This document shows positions 62,201 through 64,000 of a stretch of 64,000 nucleotides of DNA, in pieces. Positions within the stretch are counted from its first letter, which is position 1; the number at the start of each line of letters is the position of its first letter. This DNA is from an uncultured Holophagales bacterium. Its GTDB lineage: Bacteria; Acidobacteriota; Thermoanaerobaculia; Multivoradales; UBA5704. Position numbers and translations under genes: made by a program. The stretch covers positions 352,001 to 416,000 of the forward strand of contig CAWJGT010000003.1 in NCBI GenBank assembly GCA_963842525.1, read 5' to 3'. The notes under the pieces were generated by a model. The model was not told the DNA's origin. It saw only the letters and a program-made list of their open reading frames with translations, and searched no databases.

Positions 62201-64000
62201 TGGCTGACCGCCGGCCTCTTCCACCAGGTGATCGACGAGCGGCCGGCCGTCCTCCGCCCTGTATCGCAACTGCTGGCGGGCGGCGATGCGCTGTCGCTGC
62301 CGCACGTGCGCAAGGCGCTCGCGGAGCTGCCCGGCTGCATACTGGTGAACGGCTACGGGCCGACCGAGAACACCACCTTCACCTGCTGCCACCGGTGGTC
62401 GGAGCCCGGCGAGGTCGGCCCGGTTGTGCCCATCGGCCGCCCCATCTCGAACACGCGGGTCTATCTGCTGGACCGCTGGCTGCGGCCGGTGCCTCCGGGA
62501 ATCCCGGGCGAGATCTTCGCGGGCGGCGACGGACTGGCCCGCGGCTATGCCGGTCTCGCCGGGCTGACCGCCGAGCGCTTCATCCCGGATCCGGTCGGCG
62601 GCGAGCCCGGCGCGCGGCTCTACCAAACCGGCGACCTCGCCCGCTGGCTCCCCGACGGCACGCTCGAGTTCCTTGGCCGCAGGGACCAGCAGGTGAAGAT
62701 CCGCGGCTTCCGCGTGGAGCCGGCGGAGATCGAGGCCGCGCTCGCCGGCCATCCGGGCGTCGCGGCCGTTGTGGTCGTACCGCGCGACGACCTGCCGGGC
62801 GGGCGAGCCCTGGTCGCCTATGTGGTTGCCGAGGAGCGCGACGGCCGCCGGGCCGACCTCTCTCCGGATGCCCTGCGGACCGCCCTGCGCGAGCGCCTGC
62901 CGGAGCACCTGGTGCCGGGCTTCTTCGTGCTGCTCGACGCCCTGCCTCTCACCCCGAACGGCAAGGTGGACCGGCGCGCCCTGCCGGCTCCGCGCCGCGG
63001 CGAGCGGCCGCACGATGGCGCGGCGTTGCCTCGCGATCCGGTCGAAGAGGTGATCGCGCAGGTCTGGGCCGAGGTCCTCGCCGTCCCCGCGGTCGGGATC
63101 GAGGACGACTTCTTCGGGCTGGGCGGGCACTCGCTGCTCGCCACCCAGGTGGTGTCGCGTTTGCGCAGCGCCCTGGGAGTCGAGCTCTCGGTGCGGACGC
63201 TCTTCGAAGCGCCCACGGTCGCGGAGCTGGCCGGCCGGGTGGCGGAGACGCTGCGGGAGGGGCGGCAGGAGCGGCCGCCGGCGATCGAGCCGCTGCCGCG
63301 CCATCGCGACCTGCCCCTATCCTTCGCCCAGGAGCGCCTCTGGTTCCTCCACCAGCTCGAGCCCGCGAGCCCGGCCTACAACATCCCGATCGCCCTGTGG
63401 CTCAGCGGCGGGTTGGAAATCCCGGCGCTGGCCGCGGCGCTGCGCGAGATCGTCCGCCGCCACGAGGTCCTGCGGACGACCTTCCCGGCTGCCGGCGGGG
63501 TCGCGGTCCAGCTCATCGCGGCGGAGCCGGCCCTCGATCTGCCGGTGGTCGACCTCTCCGGCCTGGTTGCGGACGAGCGGGATCGCGCCGCCCGCGGCCT
63601 CGCGACCCGCGAGGCCCGGCGGCCGTTCGATCTGGCGGCCGGCCCCCTGGTGCGCGTGGTCCTCCTGCGGCTGGCCGGCGACGATCACATCGGGCTCCTG
63701 ACCTGCCACCACATCGTCTCCGACGGCTGGTCGATGAGCGTGCTGACGCGCGAGCTGGGGGCGCTCTACGAGGCCTTCACCGGGGGGCGGCCGTCGCCGC
63801 TGCCCGGGCTCGCGGTCCAGTACGCGGACTACGCGTGTTGGCAGCGCCGGTGGCTGAGCGGCGAGGTGCTGGAGGCGCAGATCGCACGCTGGCGGCAGCG
63901 GCTGGCGGACAGCCCCGAGCTGCTCGAGCTGCCCACGGACCGGCCGCGACCGGCCGTGCAGAGCTTCCGCGGCGGTGCCCTGCCGGTGGCGCTGCCCGGG
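44248..64000 (+). CDS. Giant hybrid PKS-NRPS: KS-AT-ACP-[C-A-T]x5-C... (runs off window; apparent +1 frameshift near 61218)
   Basis: Read manually in frame 1 from GTG 44248: VQTACSSSL KS, GFSLG/HAFHS AT, GGDSL ACP, then repeated HHxxxD, YTSGSTG, YGPxE, YxTGDL and GGHSL motifs. Confidence 0.9.
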   Translation, partial: MQEDPESAVEGIAVVGLAGRFPGADDPAELWRNLCGGVESITFYAREELEAAGVDPALLDDPRYVRASGVLRDVRGFDAAFFGFSPREAELMDPQIRLFLECCWEALEDAGYDTESYDGSIGVFAGMGMTSYLLQNLLSHRDRIDAAGPLQVRILNDSSFLTSLAAFKLDLRGPSITVQTACSSSLVATCLASQSLLHFQCDVALAGGVTVVVPHAVGYLPQESVMSPDGHCRAFDAEARGTVEGSGAGVVVLKRLSNALADGDTIHAVLRGFATNNDGAARASFSAPSLAGQAETIAMAQAVAGLPVESITYVEAHGTGTPLGDPVEVAALAEVFAAATDRRGFCALGSIKTNIGHLDTAAGVAGLIKTVLAVEHGVLPPSLHFRTPNPRIDFARSAFYVNTECREWRPQGWPRRAGVSSFGMGGVNAHVILEEPPASEPGDPAPSSQLLVLSARTETALEVVTERLLGRLREPLQAMNIANIADIAYTLQVGRRAFRHRRTLVCRDREEAIAILESRDPRRLLGGRASADAPQVAFLFPGLGNQYAGMARDLYREDAGFRERIDDSASRLLPLLGLDLRQELYPEGDEEERTAPGIDLRGLLGRSGDTEAAGRLRRTALSQPAVFVVEHALACRLMDWGIVPQAMLGFSLGEYVAACLAGVLSLDDALRLVAGRARLIDELPPGAMLAVPAGPEGIAPWLAGGLSLAAVAGPALSVLAGPEAAIAALEGQLAAAGQVCRRLQTSHAFHSTLMQPIAGRFRDLFAFANIELKPPQIPYLSNVTGTWITDEQATDPGYWVEHLLGTVRFADAVDELWREPGRTLLEVGPGQTLGSWALQHPAAAAVTDPVALPTLRHAFERQDDFAFLLQTLGRLWLTGVRVDWPALWAGQRRRRVPLPTYPFERQPYWIAPRDGRIAPALAPQAPQAPLEPLTVTAPRPDERGGPAVRPPAAQRSGSYPRPSLHVPYAPPRSETERRLVEALGEVLRVEPVGLHDSFFDLGGDSLLASTLVARLGRAFGVELTLRTVFEAPTAAELAAAITARRDGGEAPILPVPRTGEAPLSFAQQRLWFLAQLEPESAAYNVPLAVRLDGALDRAAFAAALGGLVERHEVLRTTFPAVAGEPVQRIAPRSTSGGPLEPPLVDLGALPAPEAEARRLSVEEALRPFDVACGPLLRTTLLRLGADAHIVLFSRHHIISDGWSSGVLVRELAALYAAAREGRPSPLPPLPVQYADFAVWQRQWMAGEALEPLLAFWRQRLAGAPAVLELPADRPRPAVATGRGGLRTGRIPGGLAEALAALGRRQGLTLFMTLLAVWDALLYRLTGQTDLVVGIPIANRTRVEIQGLIGFFTNTLALRTRLSPGAGFLELAPGVREEALEAFAHQDLPFERLVEELAPQRSLAHTPLFQVMFALQNLPFGGLAMPGLSLTLLAPEQGTSKFDLSLFLVEEDGGLFATLEFASDLFDATTAERILERFRALLEEVEAAPERSLDDLSLLLPAERHQILAEWNDVPAWDGSPCVHRLVEAQARRTPDATAVLAADGTELSYRELDRLADRLARRLRELGVRPDDRVGVCLERSWEGVAALLAVLKAGGCYLPLDPAYPEERLAFMRADAAARVIVTRESLDGAWPDGESGGDLPVVGPDHLCYVIYTSGSTGRPKGVALPHRTLANLIAWQIGASAVPAGRTLQFASPSFDVSVQEVFATWAAGGTLVLVPEEVRSDAEALLRRLREARVERLFLPFVALQQLAEAAAGDSGELPLREVVAAGEQLQITPEVRALFARLPGCVLRNQYGPSETHVVTEASLWNDRPGAVAAWPALPAIGRPIAATAVRLLDPRDEPVPIGVPGEVCLGGAGVARGYLGRPDLTAERFVPDPWQRGGRLYRTGDLGRFRPDGEVELLGRIDYQVKIRGYRVELGEIEAALAAHPAVREAVVVARGDGAGKRLVACIVADAGVQALRDPLREHLRQRLPDYMVPAAFVAVESFPLTPSGKVDRQALALGGEEPGDATAGADAPRTPVEELLAGIWAEVLGLAAVGVRDSFFELGGHSLLATRVVSRVRSACGVELPLRALFESPTVERLARTVEAALGSAAAPAPPIVPVSRGVDPPLSFAQQRLWFLDQLEPGSAAYNIAGAVRLRGALEVPAFAASLAAVADRHEVLRTTFAAEAGEPFQRICPSGSWPLVVVDLTGLPEAGCAEAVSRLAAAEALRPFDLAAGPLVRATLLRLGAGEHLVLLTMHHIVSDGWSIGVLVRELSALYGVFTAGLAHPLPPLPVQYADFAVWQRGWLRGEALETQLAFWRQRLAGAPHLLELPADRPRPAVPGTRSGVRLGRLPGQLTASLAALDRSEQATVFMGLFAAWGSLLSRWTGQEDLVVGTPIANRNRAEIEHLIGFFVNTLALRVDLSGDPGFAELLGRVRETTLAAYAHQDLPFERLVEELAPERALGHTPLFQVMLVLQNAPAPELDLPWLTLEPLRELPGGEGAAKLDLTLSLAPAGDELAVSLVFRRELFDGTTAERLLGHFGNLLAAAALDPSRPVAELPLVSAAEGAQVLWEWNDTGVSRSGLCLHELFTAQAARTPDAVAVESDGESLSYGELADRAGRLAGRLRALGVGTDVPVGVCVHRSGAMVTALLAVLKAGGAYVPLDPELPRERLAWLLADSRAPVVLTRAALAGHLEAVGAGRVLGLDDLEPAATPEEVSGRTGDPESLACILYTSGSTGRPKGVMAPHAGLVNRLLWAQEEYPLGPGDRVLQSAAFGFDFALWEIFAPLLAGARVVLARPGGHRDSAYLVDLIARRDVTVAHFVPSMLRVVLDEEEVKGCRALRLAFSGGEPLPLELRERFFHRLPAAELHNQYGPTEASIDVTHWLCRPGEGPGAVPIGRPVDNTRILLLDRRLRPVPGGVAGELCVGGMSLARGYLDRPGLTAERFVPDPWSPQPGGRLYRTGDLARFRADGALEHLGRLDHQVKVRGIRVEPGEIEAVLGALPGVRAAVVEARGEGAARRLVAWVALREERPGLTPAALREALQELLPEPMIPASWVLLPELPVTPSGKLDRRALPEPEAPVGGAEVSPRTPTEELIAGVWADLLERPRIGIHDDFFDLGGHSLLATRVLSRLRKVFQFDLPLRALFEAPTVAGLSRAVDAAVRAGAPASAPPIVPVPRGGDLPLSFAQQRLWFLSRLEPGSAAYNVPVAVRLTGTLHGAALAAALGEIVARHEALRTTFATVDGSAVQRIAPAAGAFELPLVDLGALAQPEDEARRLAAEEALRPFDLARGPLLRGALLRWVPGEHVALLTLHHIVSDGWSSGVLIRELAALYAAALAGRPSPLAPLPVQYADFAVWQRMWLRGEVLAAQLGWWRERLAGAPPVLELPVDRPRPPVMGGRGGLCQAELGAELTAGLHALGRREGATLFMILLAAFTALLCRHTGQEDLLVGTPIANRNRAEIEDLIGFFVNTLVLRSDLSGDPTFLEVAGRVRAGALAAYAHQDLPFERLVEELAPERSLAYTPLFQVMLTLQNAPLGALELPGLTLEPLDSSGAAAKFDLALTLAESGGGIAAGLEFRSDLFDATTAQRILDRFAILLGAIVVAPDRRIADLPLLSDAERHQALREWNATGEHLRGGGCLHELVAAQAARSPEAVAVVCGDTILTYAGLDALGSRMACGLRSRGVGADVIVGLLAERSVEMVVGLLAILKAGGAYLPLDPSYPPDRLGYMVADAGASLVLAQESLCKRAAGWLGEGVDLLPLGAGGAVAWSEGGEALFAESDPRNLAYVIYTSGSTGRPKGVMVPHRGVWNRLLWAQRVYRLGPGDAVLQKAAFSFDFSVWEIFAPLLAGARLVLARPDGHRNSAYLVRTLAEQGITFVHFVPSMLGAFLDERDVEHCTSLRQAFSGGEALSTELRDRFFTRLRIPLDNQYGPTEASIDITRWACVPGRDPHRVPIGGPIDNARLYVVDRRLGVVPTGVPGELLLGGPGVVRGYLGRPDLTAERFVPDAWSGVPGERLYRTGDLARSRPDGTLELLGRIDHQVKVRGFRIELGEIETVLAVQPGVREAVAAVREDAALGPRLVAYVVPQPGEALDVEVLRRALAGNLPDHMIPSAFLMLEALPLTPSGKLDRRALPEPGLAAGETSEAPRTPVEELLAGLWADVLGRERIGVHEDFFALGGHSLLATRVISRASQVFGIELPLRTLFEAPTVAGLAAAVEAADPAGRIAAAPILSRPQGGDAPLSFAQQRLWFLAQLEPESAAYNVPTAVRLTGDLDLAAIAAALGGIVARHEALRTTFPAVAGEPVQAIAPAGGPLELPLVDLGALPEPAVEARRLAAAEALRPFDLVHGPLLRGALLRLGAAEHIALVSMHHIVSDAWSSGVLIRELAALYAASREGRPSPLPPLPVQYADFAVWQRGWMEGEALESQLAFWRQRLAGAPAVLELPTDRPRPAVPTGRGGLRTARISGGLAATLAALGRREGLTLFMVLLAAWDALLFRLTGQTDLVVGAPIANRTRAEIEGLIGFFTNTLALRTRLAPDASFRELALRVREEALLAFSHQDLPFERLVEDLSPERSLAHTPLFQVLFTLLNVPLGDLAMPGLTLSPLELGGRTAKFDLTLFLVEADGGLLARLEYASDLFDATTADRILERFRTLLEGAAADPERSLAELPLLPAAERQEILTEWNDVHAWDGSPCVHRLVEEQAQRTPEATAVLAPDGTALSYEDLDRLADLLARRLWGLGVRPDDRVGVCLERSWEGVAALLAVLKAGGCYLPLDPAYPQERLAFMLADAAAPVIVTRDRLAAALPPHGAHVLSLDGGWPEEQGTDLPTVGPDHLSYVIYTSGSTGKPKGVALPHRTLANLITWQIGASAAPAGRTLQFASPSFDVSVQEVFSTWAAGGTLVLVPDEIRSDAVALLRHLVEARVERLFLPFVALQQLAEAAAGSSGELALREVVTAGEQLQVTPEVRALFSRLPGCVLRNQYGPSETHVVTEASLRPGSVEEWPALPPIGRPIAATAVHLLDPRGLPVPVGVPGEVCLGGAGLARGYLGRPDLTAERFVPDPWGWGTRLYRTGDLARRRPDGEIDFLGRIDHQVKVRGFRVELGEIEAALAAHPAVREAVVVAQGDGAGRRLAAFVVPAGGESELRGPLRAHLRDRLPDYMVPAAFVAVDGFPLTPSGKVDRRALAARGPEPGETAAAAGESPRSPVEELLAGIWADVLGLPAVGVRASFFDLGGHSLLATRVVSRVREAFGVELPLRRLFETPTVAGLAARIEALRGAPGDLPAPPIAPAPREGALPLSFAQERLWFLAQLEPGAAPYNLASAVLLRGRLDTRALAASLAALVRRHESLRTTFAVAGGRPVQVVAPELELRLPLVDLSGLPGASGADALARLAEAESLRPFDLAAGPLLRALLVQSAEEEHALLLTMHHIVSDGWSMGVLIGDLAALYVAAVAGTPAALRDLPIQYADFAVWQRRWLAGEVLERQLAYWRQGLAGLPVLDLPADRPRPAARSARGATQEVALSAELSAALASLARRLGATSFMLLLAAFDALLARLTGQLDVPVGSPVANRNRLETEGLIGFFVNTLVLRTDLGGDPGFRELVARVREVTLEAYAHQDLPFERLVQELQPGRSLSTTPLFQVMLVLQNAPQGRLELPGPRDGSPGRRDLDGELRSDPGSGRDGARPPRRAALQPRPVRPRHHAAARRAFRGAAGGGVGRAGAPAVGPAAPRGRRARAGAGGAEPDRGPLSAHGDRPRPVRRGGRGHARRGGIGGGWRAGDLWRAAPPLRPACLPSAPSGSGARGAGRPLPRTFARAGGRHARHPAGGRALRSSRPRLAAGAAALPAARSCAAGGGDRGAARRVAAGRRGRGRPAGPAQAGAGPGGRRPRASHEPRLCDVHLRIDRPAQGGRGPAPRGGPAGPRRRLRPLRRRRGLPAPRFPLVRRRHPRGLGCAPARRPARRHDRTGPLPGPVGERARRASGHDALADRRPLPPGDRRAAGRPPPCIATAGGRRCAVAAARAQGARGAARLHTGERLRADREHHLHLLPPVVGARRGRPGCAHRPPHLEHAGLSAGPLAAAGASGNPGRDLRGRRRTGPRLCRSRRADRRALHPGSGRRRARRAALPNRRPRPLAPRRHARVPWPQGPAGEDPRLPRGAGGDRGRARRPSGRRGRCGRTARRPAGRASPGRLCGCRGARRPPGRPLSGCPADRPARAPAGAPGAGLLRAARRPASHPERQGGPARPAGSAPRRAAARWRGVASRSGRRGDRAGLGRGPRRPRGRDRGRLLRAGRALAARHPGGVAFAQRPGSRALGADALRSAHGRGAGRPGGGDAAGGAAGAAAGDRAAAAPSRPAPILRPGAPLVPPPARAREPGLQHPDRPVAQRRVGNPGAGRGAARDRPPPRGPADDLPGCRRGRGPAHRGGAGPRSAGGRPLRPGCGRAGSRRPRPRDPRGPAAVRSGGRPPGARGPPAAGRRRSHRAPDLPPHRLRRLVDERADARAGGALRGLHRGAAVAAARARGPVRGLRVLAAPVAERRGAGGADRTLAAAAGGQPRAARAAHGPAATGRAELPRRCPAGGAAR

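Noticed and set aside
35662-63712. Long minus-strand and off-frame ORFs (e.g. 43219..48459, 53728..57102, 39925..42990)
   Set aside because: They are antisense shadows of high-GC NRPS/PKS coding sequence with no recognisable motifs.

Overview
High-GC bacterial window (gene content and repeat families resemble Acidobacteriota/Thermoanaerobaculia; inference only) with five blocks. (1) 1-3538: two cardiolipin-synthase paralogues separated by gene remnants, followed by a 21-bp-periodic GCGACA array. (2) 4529-13243: an integron-like cassette array. It has four canonical attC sites, toxin-antitoxin, GNAT and Cys-rich peptide cassettes, and a group II intron inside an attC. There is no canonical IntI. 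Instead, the first 'cassette' is a tyrosine recombinase + IS91-type Y2/HUH transposase module bounded by its own attC-like hairpin. (3) 13458-24086: a multicopper oxidase/SCO/cytochrome c operon, glycosyltransferases, and IHF-MerR-tRNA-Pro(GGG). (4) 24037-35224: an ~11 kb decayed prophage/satellite integrated in tRNA-Pro (52-bp direct repeat) with xis, deleted dnaB, DnaC-like ATPase, iteron-bearing initiator, Cro/CI switch and a Mu gpT capsid fragment. Beside the switch lie three tandem pairs of [secreted peptide ending in an (I/L)DPxG motif] -> [TPR protein]; the third peptide is absent from the ORF track. (5) 35671 to the window end: a FAAL-initiated lipopeptide NRPS and a giant PKS-NRPS hybrid that the ORF track does not list. 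Several +1 frameshifts look like sequencing errors. The best candidates for undescribed systems are the peptide-TPR pairs and the self-cassetted recombinase/HUH integron-like array.
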